Shown: one piece after another, positions 39,062-53,500 of the stretch
How positions within the stretch are numbered: position 1 is the stretch's first letter
Layout of the letters: every line of letters starts with the position of its first letter
Assembly: GCA_964658305.1 (NCBI GenBank)
Contig: OZ210884.1
Location: 7,316,001-7,380,000, forward strand
DNA from: Leptogorgia sarmentosa
Taxonomy: Eukaryota
Length of the DNA: 64,000 bases
Direction of reading: 5' to 3'
Translations under genes and position numbers: made by a program
The notes under the pieces: model-generated
Told to the model about the DNA's origin: nothing
The model's input: the letters and a program-made list of their open reading frames with translations, nothing else
Databases searched by the model: none

Positions 39062-42000
39062 TCAGTTTGTGCGGAAATAAAGTGTCAAACCAATACCAGG
39101 GCGAGGTACTTGACATCCACCATCATACAAAGTGTCGACGCCATATTGATTTGCCGGGCCGTAGGTGGTTGAATGGGTTGTTCCACACATACCATGACCA
39201 ATATTCAAACTTGTCAAGCAATCGCAATTGTCATCATCCAAGAGGATTGACTTTACACCATATTGCTCACGGTACATGAAGGAATCTTGAGGAGCTTTAG
39301 GGGCGGTTCCAGACAGGGCTTCGGCATTCCATGGCTTGCTATTCACCACTTGGCCAGCGGGTGTGATCACATGATCGTGGAAGGCTCGCCAAGCGGCGTG
39401 AGCTGTTGGATTTGTAGAATCAAACTTCCATTTATATGTATTTCCAGCAGAATCTACTCCCAACATCTCAGTCGAATCTTCTTGAGCCCACGATGGAAAT
39501 CGACCAAAACAGTACTGATCACGTGGACCACACGTGCCATACGCATGACCGAGGACGTCATCTTCATCCGCAGGCCAATTAGAATTTGAAGACCACCACC
39601 AGAACGCAAGCCAGTTTCCACCATGTGTGCAAAGGGTCATGGGACGGCTTGTTGCGAAGTAGAGTGCCAGACCTACCGTGGGACGTGGTGTGTTGCAGTA
39701 ATCATCATACAATGCATCAACACCATATCTAAAATTAATATTCCACTATAAATATCTCATCGATCATTGGGAAACAAGAACGTGATTACAGTCGGTTAAT
39801 ATTAAAACCAAGTTCAATCAACGCTAAACAATTGGTTTAAAATTTAACACTGCCCATTGCTTAAGTTTTGAAAAACCTAGTACTCACCAGATAGAGACAA
39901 AGATTTCTAAAGGAATATTTTTTCTAAAGTTCTTGAAGAATATTTTTTATATTCACGAGTGAATTGGGTGTTAAACAACTGGTCCTCCAAGTAGATACCT
40001 AGATACCTAGCTAGCTCTCTAGATTTTAAGGTATCACTGCTCATTTTCTCTAGACAGATATTTTATTTTAATGTAATATTGAAAAAGGCAAAAACTAAAC
40101 CTCACGCAGCCGGCTACGAAACAGTGATGATCGAAATTCAATTCAGAAGAGACATTGATCAACCAGGACCAGACTGATCAAAGTGGGAAAAATGAATGTG
40201 TAGTAGACGCTGTTCGAATAAATAAACCTATCTGAATTAACAATTGTACCAAAGACTTTAACGAAGCATCCCACCTTCTTACTGGTCCATACTGAGTACT
40301 AAATCCTGTTCCGCAAAGTCCATGTCCCATGCTTAATGTAGACAGACAGTCACAGTTGTCATCATCCAGGAGCAATGATTTTACACCTTCTTGACCGCGG
40401 TACATGAAAGAATCCTGGTCCTGAAATGACAAGAAGCGACTTAAGCATTTGTGAATACCGAAGGGTGATTGGCTAGCCGTGTTTACGCAATTAAATGTCA
40501 ACATTCATTCCTTTATATTGATTTCTTTATATTCCACACAAATTCCAGTTTTTCCAATTTTTTCTAGTCGAGTTGCATGATGGTATAGCCTCATACAATT
40601 CAGAAAAATATAAATTTTTTGTACCAACCTGTTTTGGTTTAGTCCCTTTCTTTACGTCAGGGTTCCATGCTTTATTTTGTTTGATCTTGTTTGCCAGTGT
40701 TTCCTGATGATCATGAAATGCTAGCCAGGCAGCGTGTGCTGTTGGATTGTTGGAACTGAATTTCCACATGTACGTATTTCCAGCGGTATCTACTGCCAAA
40801 AGATGCGTGAAATCTTCAACTGCCCATCTTGGTAACCGCTGGAAACAGTACACGTCATCTTCTTTACAATGCCCGTATTCGTATCCTAAGACATCATTTT
40901 CTGTTTCCGGCCAAGTTGCGTCTTTTGTCCACCACCAGAATGCCGTCCATTCCAATCCGTATGCATTAAATGACATTTTGTTTTCAGTTCGATAATACAA
41001 ATGAAGTCCATTCGACGGCTTTGGTACACCACAAGTTGGGTCATAAAGACTGTCTACTCCGTAGTCTTTTCCCTTCCCGGCTCCTGCTGCACACATTGAA
41101 CCTCCAATATTTAAAGTAGACAAACAATCGCAGTTGTCATCATCAAGCAGGATTGATTTAGCAGATCCCTGAGAACGATACATGAACGAATCTTGGTTTA
41201 CACGTATGAAATTGCCTTTAAGGACAATTGGGTTCCAGGACGAATTATCTTTAACAGAGCCAGCTGCTGTTTCAATATGGCTGTGAAATGCCTGCCAAGC
41301 TGCATGTGACGTGGGATTTCCTGCGGTGAATTTCCATTTGTAAGCATTTCCAGCACTATCAACAGCAAGTATTTCAGTTTTATCTTCGTATGCCCACGCT
41401 GGTAGCCGTTGGAAGCAAAACGCATCGCTATTGTAATAGAAAGATGCAGCCATTAGTTCAAAACCTCAGGAAAAAAGGAGAAAACGATTATGCATGAAGA
41501 GTGTTAGTAGAGTCTTTAAATAAAACGAGCGCCAAATAAAACGAGGACGAGGAAGGAAAACAGTTCAATTTTTCAAATATAATCATTGGATTGAAATCTT
41601 TCTGGTTATTGCCAATCAACAAAATTAAAATTTCGTAGCATCATTTTCATCTCTTTTACATAAAAATAAAATGTAAAAAAGTTGAAGTAGCTGGATATCT
41701 CGTGTCTACGAAACTTACTTCCCAGCAAGTAAAATGATTATTAGATTGATTAATCCTAGGGCTAATGTTTGACACTCATCGACGTTAAAATTGAGACTCA
41801 TCGTCTTAATCCAAACTGATACAAACTAACCTATTCTTACCTACCTTTTATTGCATGTTCCATAGGGGTCACGTAAGACGTCAGTGACTTCAGTTGATCT
41901 ACATTCAGGCCATGCAGCACCGGCTGAAAACCACCAAAATTGCCGCCAACCTTCACCGTATTCATTGACGACCTGTGCTCTGTGATCAGCTCTAAAATAT

Positions 42001-45000
42001 AATGTCAGTCCTTTGCTGACGTCTGGTGCTCCTGTGATATCGTAAAGATAGTCAACTCCCATTCCTTTGAAAGGTCGGTCCTGATCCATGGCATTCCCCA
42101 TGCAAAGTGTGGCGTAATAATCCCCAGCATCATCATCCAAAAGGAATGACACCAGTCCCTTGACATCACGGTACATGAAGGAATCCTGATCACGTTCTGG
42201 TGGTTTGCCTACCAAAGCTCTTGGATTCCATGGTTTTGAATTTTTTATCTGTAACGCGTGTGAGATTTAACTTAATAGTACATTAATATTTCAGGTTATC
42301 AGTGCATATAATATAAGTAGGGTAAAATCTGCAACGTGATTAACGCTTGAATTGTTTGCTTTCGCTCAGCTAAAGGAATAAAGCTGTGTTGCTGCTTGGC
42401 AACATTTGAGAACACGCTTGATTACATGTAAAGAGAATTGTAATTTTGATCTTCCTAACGAGGTTTTTGTTGCGCTAATATTCTCTTATATTATAACAGA
42501 AATAGAAAAACTCGTCGCGTGCCATTATGCTGTTATATTGCACTCGGGCAATGTTGTGCGAATACGAGAGAATCACGTAAAACACTCGCCTACGCCTCGT
42601 GTTTTACGCGATTCTATCGTCTATATTCTCCAACATTTCCCTCGTGCATTATAACAGCATAATGGCACGCGATTCGTTATCTATTTCATAATAAATAAAC
42701 GAGAAATTAAAGTTAAAGTTTTAAGACTATTGTTGCCAATCATGCGAAGAAATAATTCCAATAGTTGTATGGAAACTAAAATTGTTTTTCTCATCTAGAA
42801 TACCAGTTGAGTATTGAGTATTAATGCATGGTTGAGTATTTCAACCATTATTGCACTTAGAATGGTAGCAAAGTAAGAAATTATTGATTTGTCTAAACAC
42901 AAATTGTCTTTCTCAGAGAGAATATATAAAACAGAATGTAAACAATAACGAAAATGAGCCCAGAATACCATGATAATGTAACATTAATAATCATCTAATC
43001 GTTCAACTCAATTAACCATCAACTGTAGATCGATATTGTACCTGGATGCAATGTATAGGTATAATTAAAATAATTACCTTATTGTAAGGTGTTTGTATGT
43101 GGTCGTGTAAGGCAATCCAAGCCGCATGAGCTGTAGGGTTACTAGAATCAAATTTCCATTGATACACAGTTCCTCTTGAATCAATCGCTAAAAGTTCAGT
43201 GAAGTTTTCTTGCGCCCAAGTTGGTAGTCTCTGAAAACAATAGTAGTCATACTGAGAGCATGCGCCATATGCATGTTCCAACACGTCGTTTTCATGTGTC
43301 GGCCACGTGCCACCAGGAGTCCACCACCAAAAAGCAGTCCAGTGTCCACCATACTTTGATAGATGAAGTTCTTTTTGTTGTCTGAAGTATAAGGCCAATC
43401 CAATGGACGGTCGAGGTCCATGGCAACCAGGATCGTATAATGCATCTGCTCCAAACACACCAGCTTTTCCGTATTTGGTGCTATGCGCTGTGGAAGAAAA
43501 CAGGAAACAAATTGGGACTTCATAAATCATGATCAATTCAAAGGACAGCATTTACGTAATTCCTTACTAAATAATTAAAATAGGAAACTAAAAAAAGAAG
43601 ACCAAAAATACCTACAGTAATTACAATCACCTACAAAATATTTGAGAGAAATACCCTCCTCTCATTTCAATGTTGTATTTTGTTTTTTTTTGTTTTATCC
43701 AAATAGAATGCTTTAAATTTCAACTGATACTGAAAATAATGAAACAATGATGTTGACTAACATCACGCAAGATATCTTTTGGAAAGGTAATAAACTTTCA
43801 ACATTGAAATATGAGGATGGAATTGTGCACTCTAAAAGACCCAACATCATAATTATAGCAAAAAAAACAAAGATGCTTGTTTTTACTTTTGTTTTTGTAG
43901 AATACTGGGTGGTGAAGTGTCACTAACCTGCCAGACACATTCCATGTCCGAAACTAAGAGACGACAAACAATCGCAGTTGTCATCATCGAGGAGCACGGA
44001 TTTCACTCCATTTTGAGTTCTGTACATAAAAGAATCTTGGTTTTGTTTCGGAGCGGTACCTTCTATGGCAATTGGATTCCATGCCTTGTTATTGACAATC
44101 TGCAATTATTGAACAACAATATTTGTTTAATGAAAAATTTGTTTATCACCTGGGGTAGAAATCACTTGTTTTCGTACTCTGTTTATAGGTGAATATTCAC
44201 CGATAATCACCTAGCTCGACATCGGCAAATAAGGTAATCTCTTGGGGTCGAGTAGAGTTAACGAATAATTTCACCCTTGTATTTAAAACTTCCCAAGTTA
44301 ATTCTACGTATAACTAATCATCAAATTAATTCTGCGTAATGAACAGGAAGAAATCAATCATATTAGTTACGAGGGCAAGCACTTCGTGAACAGTGTTTAT
44401 GATATGATTAACCGAAAATCGCGTCACACGAATGCTGAAAGGAGTAGTTCCATCCAATTACATAACCTTTGCAGCAGCGGTTTCCTGATGGTCGTGAAGA
44501 GCTAGCCATACTGCGTGCGCAGTCGGATTTGCAGGGTTAAATTTCCACTGATAAATTGTGCCAAGTGAATCAACAGCCAGTAACTCGGTCTTGTTTTCCC
44601 TGGTCCAGGCTGGTAGCCGCTGGAAGCAGTAGTCTGATGTCTCACATGCACCATACTCATTCTCTAGAACATCTCTAACCGTTGCAGGCCAATTTGTTCC
44701 CGCATTCCACCACCAAAATTTCGTCCAGCCTTGTTCGCAAGAGGCAAAAACATTCAAGCAGCTGCACAGTAGCAACAAAGAACCACCAATATCTGCAAAT
44801 GAAAAGGATCGTTGGAAAGTTTTACTTATTGACCTCATCCAGGTGATCTCGATACACGGAAAAGGACTGGGACAAGCTGTCAAATAGAAATCCATTTTTC
44901 GACCGAAACAACTGAATATCCCTCATAATATACTTTATTTCGATTCCATATTTTTGTCAGAGCTATACTTCTCATAACCAAACATAATTACAAAATTTCA

Positions 45001-46602
45001 AGTAGTTTCGTACAGAATAACGAAAGATATAATCGTTTGAATATAGCGAAATGGATTTCTATTTGGACAACCCTTTCTGAACGCTGATTGGCTGAAACAC
45101 GAATACGAGATCATCCGGATGGATAGTGATCTGATTAAATTCCGGTTTTTATTATTTCTCAAGTTTTAATATTATTCATTATTCACAGTAGAGATTTTAT
45201 AGAAGTCAACGTTCTGCTACTGATAAACATGATAATCGTATAGAGGGCAAAATTACTAGAACCTGACTGGCTAATTTCTGAAACTTTGAAAACACGCGTG
45301 AAATTAATTCTTAATTTTACTCGGCCCCATGCGATTACCTATACTAATTTCACATGGGACGATTATCGTTGAGTCAGCATTGTTTTAATGCTATTTTTGG
45401 TCAATTTTCAGGGTAATGTGGCAATTTTTTCATAATTTATAATCAACAGCATGATATATATGGATGCTTGCATGAGATATGAAATTTATTCTTTCCATTT
45501 GACAAGCATATTATAAGAGGCTGCACTTGTAACATAATAATTTCTGATGATGACTAAATGAAATAAAAGGTAGAATCAATATGTTGTGTTTATTCGAGTT
45601 ACTGGCATTGTTTTTTATAAAGCCCCAAAGCTGTAGGAAGTTCAACTAGGCTATTTTAATGACAAAAGGAGGACGGAAATACAAAGCACACTAATTATGT
45701 TTAATACTTCAATATTTGCTGTTTCGTCACGCCTATTACCAGGATGAGAGTTGACGAGCGTTGACAGTCACGAATAATTGATATAGCTAGAGGTCGAAAT
45801 GTTGACTTTACACCAAAAATGTATAAAATTTCGCTCCATGCAGATACAGGTACATACACTGCGAACTTTCATCGACTCATTTCTCCTTTTAATAATTGAT
45901 TATATTTGTGAGTCGCGTCCGGTCTGTGTAATTAAGAAATTAAATAAGAGCAAAATACCATTTCATTTTTTGACGAATTCAAGATTCCCTGAAATAAATC
46001 CTTTGTGTGAAAGAGCATATTTTCTACGGAACATTCAATATCTTATTTGTATAACCGACGCGGGACGTCTTGAACTACAGCACGGTAAATTAAAATGTAA
46101 ATGGTAAAATTCCGGTGGTGAAAATGGGCGAAGTTATTCGATTGCTTCCAGTAACATTATACAAAAAGCGAATTGTCAATTTGGCAGTTGAAAATCAGAT
46201 CTAGACTGTGTGGTGGAATTGTGTAAGAAAATTCAGTGATTACAACAAATTTGTACTGTTGCATGCAGTGAGTGGATTAATACCGAATTGTGCTGAGTGG
46301 ATGCTTCCTCCTTGAACACTCGTAACTGATTTACTCATTCACTTCTATCAAAACACGAAAATCTCACTAGAAATCGTAATTAAAGTTGCAAGTGTCAACG
46401 GGCCTTTAGATATGCTCTATGCATGTTCTAGCAACGTTATATTTTAAGCTCCTGTAACACAGTAATTAATTAAAGTTGAATTTAGCATTGTTACCGCAAA
46501 TAAATTTGGGCCAGCATAAGATACTTGTTCAAATTTGAATGCATTAAATTGAATAAGAAATTCACAGCGTTACTTACTGTTCCCTAACATGTGGCGAAGC
46601 AT
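39062..46602 (-). CDS. Uncharacterised secreted protein, 982 aa, five tandem ~190-aa Trp/Cys/Asp-rich domains
   Basis: Exons 46602-46578, 44792-44467, 44099-43928, 43487-43078, 42248-41845, 41427-40629, 40420-40275 and 39728-39062 sum to 2949 nt, all GT-AG and in phase. The N-terminus MLRHMLGNNIGGSLLLLCSCLNVFA resembles a signal peptide. Confidence 0.9.
42498..42688. mobile_element. Palindromic (hairpin) MITE-like repeat in an intron
   Basis: gaaataga..cgcgtgccattatgctgttata..gtaaaacac mirrors gtgttttac..tataacagcataatggcacgcg..tctatttc. Confidence 0.7.
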
Positions 46603-48184
46603 ATTTCTTGATATTTGTCCAGCCTTTCTTCAAGCACGATAGCAGCGAATGATGAGAAACCAATTTAAGAAACCAGCAACGATAGACCTGCTCTTGCAGC
46701 AATTATGCAGAAGAATATTTGAAAAGCTACCAATCACAGCACTGTTCTATATGTGCAAATGATGTTGCACTTATCTGTCCAATTAGCGATGTCTTGCATT
46801 TGACGTCAATGATTTTGTTATGAAGTTCCTCTTATCAATTAAGGTCAGGAGGCAAAGTAGATGACGTTGTTACCAAACTGACGTTTGAAATAGTTGTACA
46901 TAAATATCAAGATATACTATTTGAATATGGGATAAAAAATTAAAGGCGTTTTAGACTGCAATTCAAACAATAGATAATAAGAAAACACTGCTCATTAACT
47001 ATTGTTTGAATTGCATTCAACGCGACGAAAATTCGACGTCTATATCTCCCCGTTTACACGGTACTGGATTCACATAGTCACGACAATGATTTCGTTGAGT
47101 TTAAGGTTATTTTTACTCCTACCACTTTTGACTTTTTCTATATGATTAGTTGTTATTGGGGTCTAAAACGAGCCTAAGACATCCTGCATGAAATGCAATT
47201 AGAGTCGTGAATTTATATACTGCCATTAAAGTCAAATCATACTAGTCACCAGTGTACTATCGCAAATACTCTGCACAGGGTGTATAAAAAGAAAGTTGAC
47301 TGTTTCAAATCCAAAGTTGCTATCATCTGTTACATCATTTAACAATTCTAATCCTGCAGATCTGAAGACTGAATATTTAATTCAAAAATATCTTTTTCAA
47401 CTATCTTGTCCCATGACCACAAGTCCTGTGTTTTCATGCACCATTATTAGTTCACAGCTGCTAGCAATAGACCTTATGCATAATGATATTTTTGTTGCGT
47501 ACGATTGTCAGCGATGTATAGATAATCATGATTGCACAGCAGAAAGTCTGTTAAATTTCTACATCAGTTAACATCCCCTCTTTAGCTGGTCTAATATCAA
47601 TAACAAGACAGGAAGGAAACGAGTGGAAAATCGTGTTTACTGAATACATACTGTGATTGTTAACTTGTCAAATAATTATTTGAAAATGAATTCTTAATTC
47701 AATTCTCAAAATGAATTTTTGATGGTGTGACAATGAAATGGCCCCAGATAATTGACATTATTGTATACACGTTTAATATGTATTCTCATTCTTGATTGAT
47801 CAGAATGCTCAATATTCGATATTTATTAGGTAATTTCCGCCGATAACGCCTCTGGTAATTGTTTTTTTTTATTATCGAACTTGTATAAATTAAAAAACCC
47901 AATTACAAGACTGTATCGTCCTCGCCATTTTGACTCACGGTTGAAATTTGTTTGCTCGATTGTTAGCTCGTGTATCATGTGGGCTCAGTGAACGTGGGCT
48001 CCCTGTGTTTCTCTTCTAATGGGCAGTGTACCATCTAGCGCAATAGAATTATGATCACAAAGGAAGAATCATTTTGATTATTAAAATAATCAAAAGCATT
48101 TAAAATAGTATTTTTAACTTTGTTATGATGGCCGGGTAAGATCATTAGACTAGTACCAATGTGAGAGTTTGTGAATCTGCTGTG

Positions 48185-48970
48185 ATGGGTTCAACGATGC
48201 GAACGCATTCACCACTTTCGAGATGGGCTGTCTTTTTTGTATTCATTATTCTGATCTTATTTATGATCTGTGCAAAAATTTATAGAATGTGGCCACAGCA
48301 AAGCGACACAGCCAATACTGCGCCATCGGTAAAAGACTCCATCCTAAACTGGTCCGACAGTTTGAACGACGGAGTTGTGTATTATCAAGAAATTCTTCCA
48401 AAAGGTGAAGCAAAACTTGACGTACTTCTCCTGCATGGTCATAGATTTTCCTCCGCAAATTGGGTTGAGTTGAATACACTGAATATTTTGGCATTGGAAG
48501 GATATCGTGCAATTGCTTTGGACTTGCCAGGCTATGGGAAATCATCTTATAAACTGGACTCAACCGATGCTGCAAGTAGAATCAAGTTTTTGCAACAGTT
48601 TATTGAGAAGAAAGATATTAAATCACCAGTAATAGTGTCCGCCTCAATGAGTGGTATTTACAGTTTGGCATATATAGCAGCTCACAAGACGTCGGTTAAG
48701 GGTTTTGTTGCAATTGCTGTGGCAGGCACAGACAAAGTACCACAGAAAAGTTATTTGGATTTTCCACCAACCTTGATTGTTCGAGGTTCCAAGGACCAAA
48801 GTCTTGGCATTACTTCAACAGAGACACTTAGTAAAAACATACAAGATCATTTGGTTGAAGTCATCAGTGATGCTGGTCATGCTTGCTACCTAGATAAGCC
48901 TGAGAAATTTCATTCTATTTTGTTGGCATTTTTAAAGAAATGTCATGAAAATAGTCAAAGTAGGCACTAG
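48185..48970 (+). CDS. ABHD14A: ABHD14-family alpha/beta hydrolase with an N-terminal membrane anchor (ABHD14A-like), single coding exon
   Basis: LLLHGHRFSS..W, GYRAIALDLPGYGKS, nucleophile motif VSASMSG (the SxSxS motif of ABHD14), GSKD and AGHACYLDKP; hydrophobic stretch WAVFFVFIILILFMICA. The A versus B assignment is uncertain. Confidence 0.85.
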   Translation: MGSTMRTHSPLSRWAVFFVFIILILFMICAKIYRMWPQQSDTANTAPSVKDSILNWSDSLNDGVVYYQEILPKGEAKLDVLLLHGHRFSSANWVELNTLNILALEGYRAIALDLPGYGKSSYKLDSTDAASRIKFLQQFIEKKDIKSPVIVSASMSGIYSLAYIAAHKTSVKGFVAIAVAGTDKVPQKSYLDFPPTLIVRGSKDQSLGITSTETLSKNIQDHLVEVISDAGHACYLDKPEKFHSILLAFLKKCHENSQSRH

Positions 48971-50532
48971 CAATTGTTTGTCAATTATACTGTTTGTAAC
49001 CGAAGTAGATTGTACAATGGTGCAGGATACCTTCAGCCATATAACATTTCCCACACTGTTAAAACTTCTTGTACCCAAATATGGTTTAATAATGTAGATT
49101 GAAATATTAAATCATTGGTACCATATGAAATACAATGCAGGTCTGATCAGTGTGTATTACAACTTATTGTTCTGATGCAATAAAATGCAACAAAATGTTC
49201 TGCATTATTTATGTGATTTTATTGCTAATGCAACACAATTAAGAAGAATATTTTTTTTATATTTTATACCTTTATGCAACTTCTTGAAACGTTTTTTAGT
49301 TCCTGAGGTAGTTTTATCTCAATCATTATGTGAATTAAATTGAATGTTCATGTTTATACACAACATTGGGATTAATTGATGGTAAATTATGCAAATTCTA
49401 AAAGGAAATCAAATCGTCTTAGAATTTCCATGATTCAGCGTCGATTAATCCCAAGGCTGTGCAAACATCATACAAAATTTCTGCCACATCATGTTCAATG
49501 TCGTAGTTAATCATGATTAATATGAAAATGATGATGATATATGTACTTTATTCCTTAATTACAAATGATGTTACAAGTAGTTAAGGGTTCTATACAACTG
49601 CAGTCAGTTTTTGAAAAAATGGTTTGTTTATGACATTGGCTAGCGGTCAGCCAAAGTGAATGGATCTTATATAGCACACCTTAAACACAGTATAGAAAAG
49701 AAGGAGTAAGTCCACTCAACCGTGCAACGTGGCGCCTTACGTTTATGCAGTTTACAAGTTTGGCATTTTCATTAGTCATAAAATGCAATTGATACGTTTA
49801 TACAGTTTACTGGCTGTGACCAGTAAGTTTGGCATTCTCATCAACCATAAAATGCAATTGACTGTCACTGGCTGGCTGCAGTAATGGTAATGAGATGTGC
49901 AATACGACATGCGTGAATCTGGGAGGGGGTGGGGGATGTGTATTTTTCGTGTTTACATTCTCTGAACTAATTAATAACAATAATACATACGAATCGTTTG
50001 CCGTTACTTTTATCTATACGACATTTTGCACTTGTGCTCATATTTTAACCTCACGGTGAACCCACTATGATATTCTCGTCTACAGGTTGTGTTGCCTTTC
50101 TCTTTTACACATCTCACTATCGGCTACTTAACACTTTACAAAGCAAATAATACCCGCCCGCCTTCCCAATTTTGATTGAATAGACAAAAACTTTTAGTAC
50201 TTGAATATGGTAATGGTGGTCAGGCTTTCGTGTGAAAATTAGGCCGTCGGGAATTTTCTTGTTTTCTGTTTTACCTTGTTCATCCTGTGCAATCTTTCTA
50301 AAACTTTAATAATGTGTATGCTAAATGCTAAATGCTAAATCTTTTCTGGCGATTTCGTTTGTGAGCAGACTTCAATAATTCCAGTTTTCCTTCCGTAAAA
50401 CTAACATATAGGAATTTGAGTGAGGGTCAAACGTTTATAAGTTATCGAATATGATAAACGTTGTTCTCTTTAAATTAAGTTGGCTGTTGGGTTGGTTGAT
50501 TTTTTGATTGATTGATTGATTCATTCATTCAT

Positions 50533-53500
50533 TCATTCATTGAATTCCACCTTTAAATATTCTGGTCTACAGTCGCCGCAACGCCCACCACATGTGGCTG
50601 ACCAGCGCAAACGAGCTGAGTCCATGGATTTACTGAAGAGCTTCTTCGCACAGCTGGGATAGCTGAAAAATTTGTACGGTATCGCAGATGGCAAGCGGAA
50701 ACTTGTTCCAGATAAATCTACTTTGAATGCTCCACTTCTTGGACTTGTGCAAGTATATGATTTACAGTCCCCAGCACTGGCGTACTGGCGATAAACACCA
50801 GCTGTGTTTGTTGTTGCAAATCTGTAATCATTTGTCACAATTTGCATTACTTTGAGATTCAAACGAACCTAAAAGGATGGAAAGATTTGAAACTAAGGCA
50901 ATTTTTTATGTCATGTACATCTACATAGGGTAACAAGGGTAACATTAACAATTTAACTATTTTGGAGTATAGCATGTAGTCATGTGATGGCAAGTACAAT
51001 TAAGAATTAATCTACGGAGTGCAACACGCGCACGAATTTATGCGCCGTTTACTGAGCAGCGGGTGTATAAAGCCCATTTGGGGGGACTAATCCCCCCCCC
51101 CTGGCTGATTCATTTACCAGAGTTTTGCTATGTAATGAACGCTGTTGTAATGAATTGTTCTAACTTGTACTGTTTTTCTAAAATTTTGCCTATTATGCAA
51201 TCGATCCATTGGTTGAAATGAAGCGAAGTTTGGACCTTATCGATTACTAATGCTAACATTACTGACTTGGATTTTAAATTGTTTACGCCTATATAATAAA
51301 AAGAAGGGGCGCTGCGAAAATATGAATTTTGTCTTCGAGTGGTGAAAAAAACGAGCGCAGCGAATCCTCAATAGCTATCGATATCACAATGTATTAATTT
51401 TTTTAATTTCAAAACGTGTGTGTAAACATGGACTACTCCAGTTAACTTCGATTCGTTTTCAAAGCATGTTTAGTTTGCGACTAGTAATTATTAAAATAAA
51501 GGTTGGTTTTCCTCCATCGGCGATGATCGGCGATATTGCTCTTACGACTATCGCACTGAGCCGTTCGCCGACTCTCGCAACAAGATGTGTTTTTATTTAT
51601 CACGACCATCAGTGATAATCGTAGATAGACTGCGACAAACGGTTTTCATTTTCATCCGTCTTACAGGCCTTGCGACACTCTGCGACAGTCATAAAAGCAA
51701 GATCGCCGACTGTCCCTGACTAATGCCAACTGTACCAGTTCTGGTTCTCTAACCTTCTCAAAAGATGTTTCTTGTTTCCTGTGGGTGTGTTTATTATAAT
51801 ATCTTGCAAAATTGTTTGCTGTTCCAGCTGGTAGCGAAACATATTCCAATGGCGTATTAGAGGCCATATCAGCACAGTACACCTTTATTAATCTATGGTT
51901 GATTGGCAGGTAAATTTCGTATTCTCCATCTTGTTTCATACCCGCATGATCTTGAATCTGCTTGCAATTCACAGGATCTATGATGGAACGAAACGTTTGT
52001 GTTGATGATTTGCCCGTTTATGGTTAATTTACATTGGACAACCTATGTCGGGCCTGTTTTCCATTCACGCATTTTGCCGCTGCTTGCGCGAGAATTTTCG
52101 CCACCATAAAATTAAATTCGCTGTTCTTTGGCGCTATCTAGGGAAGGTCAGACAAAAGTTGAAAGTTTTCAACAACTAGAGATGTAGAACAATTTTTTTC
52201 AGTAGCAAAAAAAATGATGTTTCTGTCAAATTTTTTCGCCGGGGACGGCGAAATATTGGAGTGGAAAACGAGCTTTAGTGGCGGATTACCCAATACTTGT
52301 ACTTACAAAAATTCTCACAGTACTTCCCTGAGTAAGGAAGAATACATTTGCAAAACGAATGACAATTTTCCCGAGCAAAAATTCCGTTGTTCTGACATAC
52401 TAAACCAGATTTAGACTCCTCCTATATAATGATTTTTAAATACTATTTAGTACATGTCAGCATGGACAACAGGGCCGTAGCAAGCTCGATAATTCGGGGA
52501 GGGCCTGATATTCATATATCCGTATTCTTCGCAATTACTCTCTAAGTTCAAACCATTGAAAATTCAATCTATTTATCCGATTGTTTTTACGGACAAAACA
52601 TTTCCTATTGAAAATCAATCCCGCGCCTACGGGCGACTGAAGGAAAAATCAATCTTAAAGGAGTGACTTTTTACAGTCCCTTGTGCGCATGTCTCAAAAA
52701 CGTAAACAAATGTGGACCACACGTCAGTCTGGCAGCCTTTCTCAGTTGGGAATATCAAACCTGCTGAATTCAGAGCAGTTTACATCAATTGTAAATCCTT
52801 GTTGAAAAAAGTGTTCAACGAAATACACAAAACGATAAAGGCTATTTGTAAACAAAGGCCGCGTATGTCGCGAAAGAGAGTGTAACACCCCTTTAAACAA
52901 GCACAGAATTTAAACAGAGTGTAACACCCCTTTAAACAAGCACAGAATTTAAACGTTTTCGTAATGGAACTTGTATTTCTGTTTTGATGCAACAATAGTA
53001 TCATTTGAGTCAAACTGTACCTTTTCTATGCGTAACTCATAATAGGATGTACCCGTACGACTGACAAGACATCGATCTCGGACTTTTGCACTGTTGAGTT
53101 CGCACGTCGAAATCCCTTCAGTTTGATTGGCTGCTGCATAATTAGCGGACACGCAAATGCCGTGTTCCACGCAACGCTTGAGGCATTCGATTAAACCGTG
53201 AGTCATCAATGTCTCTATTACATCACCCAGCAGAGCATGATCTGAAATGTTTTTGATTGAATTAGAAAGGCAAATTGCTGATACAAATGAGGGGGTACTG
53301 ATGAGGGTAAATGGAAACTGGAAGATTCATCCGGAAACGAAAACAAACTGCCGAAAATGGGAATAGTAGTACGATTTGAATGGGACAGCCTCCGAGACGA
53401 TGGGATTTGTGCTCTGGGACACTGGGATTTAGTCAAATTTTTGCAGGGAAATGGGAATAGTGTCTTTCAGCTTGTGCGTTATTACACCTTGAGAAACTAA

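Noticed and set aside
39058..44192. Plus-strand and alternative-frame ORFs over the five-repeat gene
   Set aside because: They are antisense or shadow frames of real exons.
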